A program made the position numbers and the translations under genes. Shown here in pieces: positions 49,397 through 59,156 of a DNA stretch of 64,000 nt; positions within the stretch are counted from its first letter, which is position 1; every line of letters begins with the position of its first letter. This stretch comes from an uncultured Gemmatimonadales bacterium (GTDB lineage: Bacteria; Gemmatimonadota; Gemmatimonadetes; Gemmatimonadales; Gemmatimonadaceae): NCBI GenBank assembly GCA_963701965.1, contig OY969695.1, positions 2,272,001 to 2,336,000 of the forward strand, read 5' to 3'. The notes beneath the pieces were generated by a model. It worked only from the letters and a program-made list of their open reading frames with translations. It was not told the DNA's origin and did no database searches.

Positions 49397-50445
49397 AAGT
49401 CGCGATTCTATTTGATGGCGCCTCGGCCCTGGGCAAGACGCCCGACATGCTGATCCTCGAGGCGGTCGAGGCGGTCGAGCACGTGTTCGCGGACGACGGC
49501 CACGAAGTCGTGCGCATTCCCGTCAATCCGGACGCCCGCTGGATCGAGCGAATGCGGAAGGCGAAGTTCGACCTCGCCTTCAATCTGTGCGAGGGCGTCG
49601 ACGGCGTCGCGTCGTTGGAGCCCGCGGTCGTTTCGGTGCTGGAGCTTCTCGGCGTCCCCTACAGTGGCAGCTCCAGCGCGACCACCGCCCTGTGTCTGCG
49701 CAAAGATCTGGTGAACAGCCTCCTCGACCGGTTCGGGCTCCCCGTGCCCCGTTGGTCGGTGACCCGCCCGGGCGGCGCCCTGCCCGCCGTGGGATTCCCG
49801 GCGATCTGCAAGCCGGCGGCCGAGGACGCATCACTCGGCGTGGAGCAGCGGTCGGTCGTCCGGACGGGCCGCGCCCTCGCCGAACGGATCGACGCCATGC
49901 ACGAACGCTGGAACGACGTGATCGTCCAGCGCTACATCGACGGCCGCGAAGTGAACGTGGGCATCATCGGGGACCGTGTCCTCCCGATCGCCGAGGTCGA
50001 CTTCGGCGCCATGCCCCGCGGGATGTGGCGGATCGTCTCCTATCGTTCGAAATGGGTGACCGGGAGCGACGAGGACCTCGGAGCCGCGCCCCAATGCCCG
50101 GCCGACCTCCCGTCCGAGCTCACCGCCGAGATCGTGACCGTCGCGCTCGCCGCGTGGCGGGCCGTCGGCGGCACCGGCTATGGTCGGGTCGACATGCGCA
50201 TCGACCGCGCCGGCCGCCCGTGGATCCTCGAAGTCAACGCCAACCCCGACTTGAGTCCCGGCGCCGGTCTCTCGCGGATGGCCGAGACGTTGGGACTCGA
50301 CTATGGCGCGCTCATTCGTCTCATCGCCGCGCAGGCGCTTGCCGTACGGGCGGACGTGTCGGCCGACCAGTGGGCGCTCACGCAGCAGCTGTCGGGCGTC
50401 GAGCTGACGCTCGACACCGGCGCGCCGGCCGCCGCCACCGGGTGA
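49393..50445 (+). CDS. Ddl-like ATP-grasp ligase 2
   Basis: FNLCEG, PYSGS, KPAAEDASLG, YIDGRE.NV, GYGRVDMR, EVNANP; GTGA-coupled. Confidence 0.85.
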   Translation: MKVAILFDGASALGKTPDMLILEAVEAVEHVFADDGHEVVRIPVNPDARWIERMRKAKFDLAFNLCEGVDGVASLEPAVVSVLELLGVPYSGSSSATTALCLRKDLVNSLLDRFGLPVPRWSVTRPGGALPAVGFPAICKPAAEDASLGVEQRSVVRTGRALAERIDAMHERWNDVIVQRYIDGREVNVGIIGDRVLPIAEVDFGAMPRGMWRIVSYRSKWVTGSDEDLGAAPQCPADLPSELTAEIVTVALAAWRAVGGTGYGRVDMRIDRAGRPWILEVNANPDLSPGAGLSRMAETLGLDYGALIRLIAAQALAVRADVSADQWALTQQLSGVELTLDTGAPAAATG

Positions 50446-50948
50446 CGACGCGACCGCTGACTCGGCACGACCGCGAGTCACTGGAAACCCTCATCCTCGC
50501 GACCGGCGCGTTCTCGGCGTCCGAGACCGATGTCGCGCTGCAGGTGTTCGACGAAGCCTTCCCGCCCGACGAGGGCACGGGCGATCCCGACTACGCGTTT
50601 CTGGGCGTATGCGACGCCGCGGACACCGCCCGGCTCCTCGGGTACGTCTGCTATGGTCCGATTCCGGGCAACGACCGCGGATACGACGTCTATTGGATCG
50701 CGGTCCATCCCGGCGTCCAGCACCGCGGGCTCGGCACGGTGCTCATGCACGAGGTCGAGTCCCGCCTCGCCGCCTGGAGCGCCCGCCTGATCGTCGTCGA
50801 AACCTCCGGCCGGGCCGCCTACGCGCTGACGCGCGCGTTTTATGCAAGGCTCGGCTACACCGAGTCGGGCCGGGTCCGCGGCTTCTACGCTCCGGATGAC
50901 GATCGGGTGCTGTTCACCAAACGCCTAAAAAGCTCTGGTGCCGCATGA
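50442..50948 (+). CDS. GNAT family N-acyltransferase
   Basis: YWIAVHP.VQHRGLG, VETS...Y..TR.FY..LGY; GTGA-coupled. Confidence 0.85.
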   Translation: MTTRPLTRHDRESLETLILATGAFSASETDVALQVFDEAFPPDEGTGDPDYAFLGVCDAADTARLLGYVCYGPIPGNDRGYDVYWIAVHPGVQHRGLGTVLMHEVESRLAAWSARLIVVETSGRAAYALTRAFYARLGYTESGRVRGFYAPDDDRVLFTKRLKSSGAA

Positions 50949-52027
50949 GCGAATGGCAACAGGTCCTCAAGAATCAGAGCGTCGCGACGCTCACCGCGCT
51001 TGCCGAGCGGTTCGGGACGGAGCAGATCGACGTCGACGCGCTGGCCGAGGCCTTCGACCGGTTCCAGATGCGGATCACTCCGGCGGCCCTCGATCTCATC
51101 AAGGCCCCCGACGATCCAATGTGGCGCCAGTACGTCCCCACGGTGGAGGAGCTGGACGTCGTCGACGGCATCACGGACTCCCTCGACGAGGACGCGGACT
51201 CCCCCGTCCCCAACATCACGCATCGGTATCCCGACCGGGCGCTCTTTCTCGTGAGCCCGGTCTGCGCGTCCTACTGCCGGTTCTGCACCCGCCGGCGGAA
51301 GGTCGGCGATCCCGAGAAGATCCCGCTCAACCAGTACGACTCCGCGTTCGCCTACCTCCGGGCCCACACCGAGATCCGCGATGTGATCCTGAGCGGCGGC
51401 GATCCGATGATGCTCTCCGACCGGCGGCTGGAGTATCTGTTCGAGCAGCTCCGGGCCATCCCGCATATCGAGATCATCCGGATTGGCAGCCGGATTACGT
51501 CCCATCTGCCCGAGCGGATCACGCCCGAGTTCTGCGAGATGGTCCAGAAGTACCATCCGGTCTACATGAACACCCACTTCAATCACCCGGATGAATTGAC
51601 GCCCGCCGCCGTGGCGGCGCTGGACCGCCTGTCCAAGGCGGGCATCCCGCTGGGGTGTCAGACCGTGCTGCTCAAGGGCGTCAATGACGATCCCGTCGTC
51701 ATGAAGGCCTTGATGCATGCGCTGCTCAAGGCCCGGGTCCGGCCCTACTACATCTATATGGCCGACCAGGTCGCCGGTGGCGAGCACTTCCGAACCACCG
51801 TCGAGAAGGGACTGGAGATCATCGCCGCCCTGCGCGGGTGGACGTCGGGACTCGCTGTCCCCCACTTCGTGATCGACGCCCCGGGCGGAGGCGGCAAGGT
51901 GCCGCTCCTACCCGAGTACGTCGACGAGATCACGGACGAGAAGGTCGTGTTCCGGAACTTCCGCGGGCAGCGCTTCGAATACCGGCAGCCCAGAGCAACA
52001 GCCAAAAGCAACTCCATCAGACAATAA
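50945..52027 (+). CDS. KamA-family radical SAM/PLP aminomutase (lysine 2,3-aminomutase-like)
   Basis: THRYPDR, CASYCRFCTRRR, SGGDP, THFNHPDE, Q.VLLKGVND, RPYY, SGLAVP..VIDAPGGGGK; ATGA-coupled. Confidence 0.9.
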   Translation: MSEWQQVLKNQSVATLTALAERFGTEQIDVDALAEAFDRFQMRITPAALDLIKAPDDPMWRQYVPTVEELDVVDGITDSLDEDADSPVPNITHRYPDRALFLVSPVCASYCRFCTRRRKVGDPEKIPLNQYDSAFAYLRAHTEIRDVILSGGDPMMLSDRRLEYLFEQLRAIPHIEIIRIGSRITSHLPERITPEFCEMVQKYHPVYMNTHFNHPDELTPAAVAALDRLSKAGIPLGCQTVLLKGVNDDPVVMKALMHALLKARVRPYYIYMADQVAGGEHFRTTVEKGLEIIAALRGWTSGLAVPHFVIDAPGGGGKVPLLPEYVDEITDEKVVFRNFRGQRFEYRQPRATAKSNSIRQ

Positions 52028-52036
52028 AAGCGGCGA

Positions 52037-52567
52037 TTAGTCGCCCTCCGTGTCATAGGCGAGGCCGTCGGCTTCGCGGAACGTGTCGAGCAGTGACTCC
52101 CCCGTGAGGCGCATCGCCTCGGTGAGCGGGGTCATCGAGAAACCGATCGCGCGCCGCGACCCTTCCGGCCAGTCCGGCATCGAGAGCCCCGCGACGAGTC
52201 GCCGGATGATCTGGCCGAACTCGCCCAGCAACCGACCCGCCGTCTCGCGCAGCGTGTCGAACGGGATGGTCAGATCCCGGATCACCATCTGGCCCGTGGT
52301 GGAATCGCGCCACGCGGCATCGCCGACGGCGCCCCGCTCCGGCCAGATACCGAGATTGCGGATCGTCCCTGAATGCTCGTCCGGCGTGCGGTTGGTTTCG
52401 ACCGCGGCCGCCAGCGCCAACGCCAGTGTATCCGGTGTGGGTTGACCATAGAGCGTCACCACATTGCGCGGCGGCCGATCAGGATACTGGGGCGCCGGCA
52501 CCAAATTCACATGCGCGAGCACTGGTGAGTGTTCGGGGTGATCCTCGAGCATGACGAGGACGTCCAT
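52037..52567 (-). CDS. Hypothetical protein
   Basis: 176-aa ORF with strong SD (AAGGAGG) upstream; no family recognised. Confidence 0.65.
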   Translation of the reverse strand: MDVLVMLEDHPEHSPVLAHVNLVPAPQYPDRPPRNVVTLYGQPTPDTLALALAAAVETNRTPDEHSGTIRNLGIWPERGAVGDAAWRDSTTGQMVIRDLTIPFDTLRETAGRLLGEFGQIIRRLVAGLSMPDWPEGSRRAIGFSMTPLTEAMRLTGESLLDTFREADGLAYDTEGD

Positions 52568-52631
52568 TCCCCTACCTCCTTGTTAGTTCCATGTACGAGC
52601 CAAGTGCCGGCAAAGTTCCCTCTATTATCGG

Positions 52632-53075
52632 CTACTCTCGGGCAAGAGCTATACCGCCAGCCAGGGCACACGCTAACACGATGTAGAACAACGCTGCTTG
52701 CGCGGGGAACGCTGTCAGATCGTTGCCGAAGCGCAACAAAGATGCGGCAAGCAATGCGTTGAGCATCCAGATCGCAATGCTGCTCAAGATCGCGACAACG
52801 ACCAGCCGCACGCCTTTGAGGCGCGCGGCGAGCGCCGCGAACGCGAGGCCCCAGAAGAGGGCGATCACCGTGTGCAGTGTGATCCCCGTCACAGTCGCGA
52901 CGGCGGTGGACGGCGACGCCGCCGGCGCGAACGCAGCGAGCAACTGGCGCCCGGCAGCGGCAAACGGGTTGTAGTGTTCGGCGTGCGCGAGGCCGAGGAG
53001 AACACCGGCAGTCGACGACGCGGCCAGCGCGCCGGTAATCAGGCCGAATCGGAAGCGATCCACGGTGTCATGCAC
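52632..53075 (-). CDS. Hypothetical 4-TM membrane protein
   Basis: Four hydrophobic segments; G..LH...A..WG..F pattern; start uncertain. Confidence 0.65.
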   Translation of the reverse strand: MHDTVDRFRFGLITGALAASSTAGVLLGLAHAEHYNPFAAAGRQLLAAFAPAASPSTAVATVTGITLHTVIALFWGLAFAALAARLKGVRLVVVAILSSIAIWMLNALLAASLLRFGNDLTAFPAQAALFYIVLACALAGGIALARE

Positions 53076-53177
53076 GCGCGAAAGAAAATGCCCAATGATC
53101 GGACGTCTCAAGGGCGTTTTTCGCACTACCCGGCCGGCCGGGGTTGCCGGGTGCGCTCACCCTTACCAGTATTGGAC

Positions 53178-53894
53178 ATGGGGCAGACCGCGGCTTACCC
53201 GGCGACAATCCTGGTAGTCGAGGACCGTCTGGAGGTCCTGGAGGTCGTGCGCCGCTCCCTGACCAGCCACGGCTACACGGTGCGGACCGCCGAGGACGGC
53301 GAGAGCGGGCTCAATCTGGCCCTGGATCTCAAGCCCGATCTCATCATCCTCGACATCGGGTTGCCCAAGCGGAACGGCCTGCACGTGGCCCGCGAGCTGC
53401 GCAACCGCGCCTATCGTGGGCCCGTCCTCATGCTCACGGCGCTGGACACCGTCTCGGACAAGGTCGTCGGCTTCGACGCCGGCGCCGATGACTACCTGGC
53501 CAAACCGTTCGACTTCGAGGAGCTGTTGGCGCGGGTCAAAGCCCTGCTGCGCCGCTCCACCATACGCGCCGACGACACCATCATGCGCGTGGAGGACCTC
53601 ACGCTCTCGCCCCTGACCCGCGAGGTCACGCGGGCTGGCGAACTGATCCCGCTGACCGCCAAGGAGTACTCCCTCCTCGAGTACCTGATGCGCAATTCGG
53701 GGCGGATCATGACGCGCGAGCAGATTACCGAGGAGGTCTGGAAAGCGGACCTCGACGGGTCGTCCAACGTGGTCGACGTCTATATCAGCTATCTCCGCCA
53801 GAAAATCGACGCGCCCGGGCGGACGCCCCTGCTGCACACGATCCGCAAGAGCGGGTACTGCCTCAGCCCGACCCGGCCATCGTCGCGTAGTTAA
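53178..53894 (+). CDS. OmpR/PhoB-family response regulator (no adjacent kinase)
   Basis: ILVVED, IILDIGLP, MLTA, GADDYLAKPF, LT.KEY.LLEYL, NVVDVYISYLRQKID. Confidence 0.93.
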   Translation: MGQTAAYPATILVVEDRLEVLEVVRRSLTSHGYTVRTAEDGESGLNLALDLKPDLIILDIGLPKRNGLHVARELRNRAYRGPVLMLTALDTVSDKVVGFDAGADDYLAKPFDFEELLARVKALLRRSTIRADDTIMRVEDLTLSPLTREVTRAGELIPLTAKEYSLLEYLMRNSGRIMTREQITEEVWKADLDGSSNVVDVYISYLRQKIDAPGRTPLLHTIRKSGYCLSPTRPSSRS

Positions 53895-53924
53895 CGCCAG
53901 TCCCGGGGCGCTCGTCCAACTCGT

Positions 53925-55463
53925 ATGCGCCTCTTTGTCCTGGCGGTGGCGGTGGCGGTCCTGGCGATGGCGTGTGCGGGCCATCACGGACCGCCCGAAG
54001 GGCACGTGACGCCCCTGGCCGCCGTTTCCGACAGCGGTCGCGAGTTGACGGCCGATCAACAGGTCTACCAGGCGCTCGCCCGCCTGACGTTCGGCCCCGG
54101 GCCTGGCGACGTGGCGCGCGTGCGGGCCATGGGCGTGGACCAATGGATGGCGGCCCAATTCACGCCGTCGAAACTGGATGACCGCGCCACGGAGCGGTTC
54201 GTCGCCGACCATTTCCCCACGAGTTATCCGCCACCCGGCCGCGCGCGCGGCGCCGACTCGGCGGCGCGGAAGGCACGGGCCCAGGAGCGCCGGCAAGTCG
54301 TCGCCGACCTCCAAACGGCGCGCGTGGCGCGGGCAGTCATGACCACCCGGCAACTCCAGGAAGTGATGGTCGACTTCTGGGAGAACCACTTCAACGTGTT
54401 CGTCGGCAAGGGCGGACCGGAGCCCTACCTGCTCTCCAGCTACGAGCGCGCGGCGATCCGGCCGTACGCGCTCGGACGGTTTCGGGACCTGCTGGGCGCC
54501 GTGGCCCAGAGCCCGGCGATGCTCTACTACCTCGACAACTGGGAGAGCGGGCGGCGCCGGGGGCTCAACGAGAACTACGGCCGCGAGCTGCTGGAGCTGC
54601 ACACCCTCGGGGTCAATGGCGGCTACACCCAACAGGACGTGATCGCGGTCGCCCGCGCCTTCACGGGTTGGTCCTTCGTCGGGCTGGCGCAGCCGAACGC
54701 CGGGGACTTCGTGTTCCGTCCCGCCGATCACGATACGCAAGAAAAGCGCGTCCTCGGCCACACCATCGCGGCCGGCGGCGGCATCGCGGATGGCGAGGCC
54801 GTGCTCGACATCCTCGCCCGGAGCCCGGCCACGGCGCGGTTCATCGCCCGCAAGCTGTGCGTGCGATTCGTCAGCGACAGCCCGCCGCCGGCGCTCGTGG
54901 ATCGCGCTGCCGCCCGTTTCACGGAAACCGACGGCGACCTGCGCCAGGTGCTGTGGACGATCGTGACGTCCCCGGAGTTCTGGTCCCGATCGGTCTATCA
55001 TGCCAAGGTGAAAACTCCGTTCGAGGTCGTGGTCAGCGCGTTGCGGGCGCTGCATGCGGCACCCGACAGCACACCGCGCACGGCCCAGATCGTGGCGCGT
55101 CTGGGCGAGCCGATCTTCGGACACCAGGCGCCGGACGGCTACGCCGAGACGGGCGAGAGTTGGATGAACACGGGCGCCATCCTGGGGCGGATCAACTTCG
55201 GGTTGGCGCTGGCGGCCAACCGTGTCCCGGGCGCGTCGGTGGCCGGGTGGCCCGAGGCGGCCGAGCTCGCGGGGGCGCCGCGCGACGTGCAGGTCGACCG
55301 CGTCGTGGGCGCTCTGTTGGAAGGCGGCGCGTCGCCCGACACGCGTCGGATCCTGCTGACGGGGACGCATCCGATGCTCGGCGGCAAGCCGGCCGAGCAG
55401 ACGGCCGGGTTGGCACAGGTCGTGGGTCTGGCGTTGGGTTCGCCGGAATTTCAGCGTCGCTGA
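53925..55463 (+). CDS. DUF1800 family protein (lipoprotein signal)
   Basis: RLTFGP, FWENHFNV, SPAML.YLDN, NENYGRELLELHTLG, ARAFTGW, SPEFQRR. Confidence 0.9.
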   Translation: MRLFVLAVAVAVLAMACAGHHGPPEGHVTPLAAVSDSGRELTADQQVYQALARLTFGPGPGDVARVRAMGVDQWMAAQFTPSKLDDRATERFVADHFPTSYPPPGRARGADSAARKARAQERRQVVADLQTARVARAVMTTRQLQEVMVDFWENHFNVFVGKGGPEPYLLSSYERAAIRPYALGRFRDLLGAVAQSPAMLYYLDNWESGRRRGLNENYGRELLELHTLGVNGGYTQQDVIAVARAFTGWSFVGLAQPNAGDFVFRPADHDTQEKRVLGHTIAAGGGIADGEAVLDILARSPATARFIARKLCVRFVSDSPPPALVDRAAARFTETDGDLRQVLWTIVTSPEFWSRSVYHAKVKTPFEVVVSALRALHAAPDSTPRTAQIVARLGEPIFGHQAPDGYAETGESWMNTGAILGRINFGLALAANRVPGASVAGWPEAAELAGAPRDVQVDRVVGALLEGGASPDTRRILLTGTHPMLGGKPAEQTAGLAQVVGLALGSPEFQRR

Positions 55464-55477
55464 TCAGGAGATCCCAA

Positions 55478-56713
55478 ATGCAACGCCGCGTCTTCATGAA
55501 GTCCGGTGCCATGGCGCTGGTGACCCTGGGCCTCAGTCCACGGTTCCTCCGACGGATGGCCTTCGGGATGGATGTCCGAAACAGCAAACGCACGCTCATC
55601 TGTCTTTTTCAGCGCGGCGCCGCCAATGCGCTCAACATCGTGGTGCCACACGGCGAGCGGACCTACTACGCCCTGCGGCCATCGATCGCCATTCCGCGCC
55701 AGACCGTCCTCGATCTCGACGGATTCTTCGGCTTCCACCCATCGCTCGCGGCGCTCAAGCCGCTGTATGACCGCGGGCTCTTGGCGCCCGTGCACGCCGT
55801 CGGCTCGCCCAGCGCGACCCGGTCGCACTTCAATGCCCAGGACTACATGGAGACCGGCACGCCGGACGATAAGAGCACGCCCGACGGTTGGCTCAACCGG
55901 TATCTGGCCGCCAAAGGCACATGCGCGGAGTGCCAGTTGACCCCATTTCGGGCGGTCTCGCTCACGGCGCAGACGCCGCGGATCCTCGAGGGTCCGGCGC
56001 CGACGGTCGCGATGAACAGCCTGGCCGAGTTCAGCGTCCGCGCCACCGGGTCGGACGTCGAGCGCTTGGAAGCCCTCTATCGGACGGGATCGGCCGATCT
56101 CGTACACGGCGCCGGCAGCGAGATGTTCGACGCCGTGAAGATGCTGCAAGCGGCCAATCCCCAGAAATACACCCCCGCGGCGGGCGTCGAATATCCCAAA
56201 TCGGCGTTCGGTCTCCGGCTGCAGCAGATCGCGCAGCTGATCAAGATGGACCTGGGCGTGGAGATCGCCTTCGCCGACGTCGGCGGTTGGGACACCCACG
56301 TCAACCAGGGCGGAGCGACCGGCCAACTCGCCGGGCGGCTGGAGGATTTCGCCAAGAGCATCGCGGCGCTGGTGGCGGACCTCGGCGATCGGATGGCCGA
56401 CGTCACCATCCTGACCATGTCGGAGTTCGGCCGGATGGCCCGCGAGAACGGCAACGGCGGCACCGATCACGGGCACGCCGGCGCGCTCTTCGTCTTGGGC
56501 GGCAACGTGCGTGGTGGCACGGTCCACGGGAAGTGGCCCGGTCTGGCGCCGGAGCAACTGTATGAGAGTCGCGACCTGGCGCTCACGACCGATTTCCGCG
56601 CGGTGTTCGCCGAAGTCGCCGCGCGCCACTTGGGCGCCGGTCGACTCGACGCCATATTCCCCGGCTATGCGGGCCGGGAACAGGACTGGCTCGGCGTCTT
56701 GCGCGCGACCTAG
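55478..56713 (+). CDS. DUF1501 family protein (Tat-type signal)
   Basis: QRRVFMK; FQRGA, YYALRP.IAI, RSHF, GGWDTH.NQ, SEFGR...ENG..GTDHG, DFR.V. Confidence 0.9.
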   Translation: MQRRVFMKSGAMALVTLGLSPRFLRRMAFGMDVRNSKRTLICLFQRGAANALNIVVPHGERTYYALRPSIAIPRQTVLDLDGFFGFHPSLAALKPLYDRGLLAPVHAVGSPSATRSHFNAQDYMETGTPDDKSTPDGWLNRYLAAKGTCAECQLTPFRAVSLTAQTPRILEGPAPTVAMNSLAEFSVRATGSDVERLEALYRTGSADLVHGAGSEMFDAVKMLQAANPQKYTPAAGVEYPKSAFGLRLQQIAQLIKMDLGVEIAFADVGGWDTHVNQGGATGQLAGRLEDFAKSIAALVADLGDRMADVTILTMSEFGRMARENGNGGTDHGHAGALFVLGGNVRGGTVHGKWPGLAPEQLYESRDLALTTDFRAVFAEVAARHLGAGRLDAIFPGYAGREQDWLGVLRAT

Positions 56714-56732
56714 GTCGATCGTCAGCAGGTTG

Positions 56733-57717
56733 ATGAGCCCCTATCGATTCGTTCTGCTGGCCGCGTGTCTCTTGACCGCGTGCCGAGCCCACACGCGCCG
56801 TGCGACCAGCACGGGCGACGTCCAGCCGCCGGCGACGCGCGCGGCCAACATTCACGGCAAGATCCCGATCCTCGAGTACCACCTGATCGGCGATCACGAG
56901 AGCATGTACTCCATCACGCGCGAGCACTTTCGCCGCGACTTGGAGATGCTCTACGCCCGCGGCTATCGGCCGATCACCGTCGCCCAACTTCTCGACAAGC
57001 ACATCGACGTGCCGGCGGGGATGTCCCCGGTCGTGTTCACGTTCGATGACGCGTCGCCCGAGCAGTTCCGCTACATCGAGCGCCCGGACGGCACGTTGGA
57101 GATCGACTCGACGTCGGGACTGGGGATCTGGCTCGATTTTCATCGCCAGCATCCCGACTGGGCAAATCACGCCACCTTCTGCTTGCTGCCCGGGGCGGCT
57201 GCGGGGCACAATTTCTTTGGCAACGGCGGGATCGAGGGACAGAAGACCGCGTGGCGATACAAGAAGGTCCGGTATCTCGCCGAGCAGGGCTTCGAGCTGT
57301 GCGACCACACGCTGTGGCACGCGCAGCTCAACAAGTACTCCGACGCCTTCGTCCAGGAGCAGATCGCGCGGGGGCAGTTGGCGATCGACTCGGCGGTGCC
57401 CGGCTACCACGTGCGCACGTTCGCCCTCCCGCAGGGATTGTGGCCCAAGAACCACGACCTGGCGCATAAGGGTGAATGGCGGGACCCCAAGACCGGGCAC
57501 GATGTGCCCTACAGCTTCGAATGCGGTCCTGGAAGTCGCCGGACCGCCGGCGCCCAGCCCGTACGACCCGTCCTTCAACGGCTGGCGCCTGCCGCGTATC
57601 CAGGCTTTCGGCAATGCGGTGGAGCACGTCCTCGACAACTTGGATCGGACGGGCACCCGATACGTCTCGGACGGAAATGCGACGGTGTTGCGCTCGCCGC
57701 CCGCGACGTCTAGGTAA
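56733..57717 (+). CDS. Polysaccharide deacetylase (CE4) lipoprotein; one extra base near 57520
   Basis: LTAC lipobox; PILEYH, FTFDDA, HTLWH, FALPQG; C-terminus continues in frame 57046..57717 (AVLEV...PAPSP...RYVSDG). Confidence 0.8.
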
Positions 57718-57775
57718 GACGGCCTACGCCGAACCACCTACGCCCAAAGCGCCAACGGCGTGTTAGCGTTGGCGC

Positions 57776-58594
57776 GTGTCCGCCCTCTCGGTTTTGGCCT
57801 TTCTCCCCGCTCCGCTCCTGGCGCATCTGCGGGTGGTGTTGCACCCGTATCACGCGCTGACCGCCCACGACGCCTGGGAGCCGTTCGAGAACGCCGTCCG
57901 GCGCACGGCGTGGGACGCCGTCGTCGCCGATCCGTATGCCGATGGCGGTCCGCGCACGGATGATCTGGCCGCGTTGATCGAGGCGTTTCCGTCGACGCCG
58001 CTCACGCTGTACACGTGCTTCGCGCCAATGATGCTGCAGTCGCTGTCGGCGCTGGCGCGTCTGGGCGGGGGCACGCACCAGATCGTGATGCACCGCTTCG
58101 ACAATGATCCCCGGCGATTTCTGGACCTGCTGGAGCACCAGCCCACGCACGCGCTGAGCGCGTCGCTCCTGCGCTGCCTCAGCCCCGGGCTCGAGCGCCT
58201 GGCGCCGCCGATCGCGCGCGCGGTCGAGCGGCTCGTGCGCCGACCCGCGATGTTCGGGACCGCGGCCGACCTGGCGGCGTCGGCCAATGTCACCGTGCGC
58301 ACCATCTATCGGCAACTGGCGGCCGCGGGATTCGACTCGCCGCGCACCCTGATCGTGGGGGCCCGGCTGCTGCGTGCCTACGCCTACGCGCGCGACCCCG
58401 GGCAGTCCTTGGAGCACGTCGCCGCCCGCGTCGGCTACAGCGCGCCGCGCATCCTCACCCGCCACATGCGGGAGCTGGTGGGCGTCACGCCGCGCGCCGC
58501 CCGGCGGCGCATCCCGGCCGACGAATTCGTGTCGCTGCTGGCGGCGCGGTTGTATCTCGGCTGTGCTACAGCCGCCAGCCGGACAGCGTCGTGA
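57776..58594 (+). CDS. AraC-family regulator with receiver-like N-terminus
   Basis: DLAA.ANV.VRTIYRQL and VAARVGYS...L.R..R..VG.TP HTH pair. Confidence 0.82.
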   Translation: MSALSVLAFLPAPLLAHLRVVLHPYHALTAHDAWEPFENAVRRTAWDAVVADPYADGGPRTDDLAALIEAFPSTPLTLYTCFAPMMLQSLSALARLGGGTHQIVMHRFDNDPRRFLDLLEHQPTHALSASLLRCLSPGLERLAPPIARAVERLVRRPAMFGTAADLAASANVTVRTIYRQLAAAGFDSPRTLIVGARLLRAYAYARDPGQSLEHVAARVGYSAPRILTRHMRELVGVTPRAARRRIPADEFVSLLAARLYLGCATAASRTAS

Positions 58595-59156
58595 TGGCCT
58601 GATCGAGCGCAGCCCGCTGCTCGGGCGCCTGCGCCCGGCGGCGGAGCGTTTTGTAGGCGTCCAGCGCCAGCCCCAACGCCACGGGATCATGTTCGGCGCC
58701 GGCGAGACTGGCCGCGTTGTCGGCCAGGTTGGCGCGCGCGAGATCATCGTCGGGGAACCGGTCACACACCTGCTGCCACCGCCCGACGCGTTCGCGGGGA
58801 ATCGATTCCGTCAGCGCCCACAGGTGCCAGGCGCCCCGATTGGCGGGATCCGCGGCCAGCGCCCGCGACGCCAGCGCCCCGACGACATCGGGGCCGCGAC
58901 CGGCCATCCAGTAGGCGCTGGCCAGCACCACCAGCGCGCGGGCATTCGACGGCTGGGCGGCGACGATTTGTTCGTACAAATAGCCGGCTACTTCCGGGAT
59001 GTCCCGGTACGGCTCGGCGGCCGAGATCAACGCGTCGACCGGGGCTCCCGCGGCCGCGCGCTCCAACTCGTCATGGAGCGCCGCTACGTTGGCGTGGGCG
59101 TGGTAGGCGGCGACGGCGTCGGCGACGGCCTGCTCGACCGAACGGGGTGAAGGCAT
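58566..59156 (-). CDS. TPR-like helical hypothetical protein
   Basis: QPSNARALVVLA..Y, RALAADPANRGAW. Confidence 0.65.
   Translation of the reverse strand: MPSPRSVEQAVADAVAAYHAHANVAALHDELERAAAGAPVDALISAAEPYRDIPEVAGYLYEQIVAAQPSNARALVVLASAYWMAGRGPDVVGALASRALAADPANRGAWHLWALTESIPRERVGRWQQVCDRFPDDDLARANLADNAASLAGAEHDPVALGLALDAYKTLRRRAQAPEQRAALDQAITTLSGWRL

Noticed and set aside
48218..50445. Canonical ddl or a van resistance cluster
   Set aside because: N-terminal D-Ala-site motif absent; no mur/dcw or vanHX/vanRS genes nearby
50945..52027. EpmB (EF-P beta-lysylation) or lysine-fermentation kamA
   Set aside because: No efp, epmA or kamDE/kdd neighbours; context is ATP-grasp/GNAT, so no gene symbol was assigned
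52593..52609. Sigma54 promoter for the 176-aa hypothetical gene
   Set aside because: The -12 element reads TCGT rather than TTGC; too weak
57750..57774. CGCCAACG...CGTTGGCG hairpin as an intrinsic terminator
   Set aside because: No U-tract, and it overlaps the probable -10 box of the AraC gene; could be an operator but unsupported
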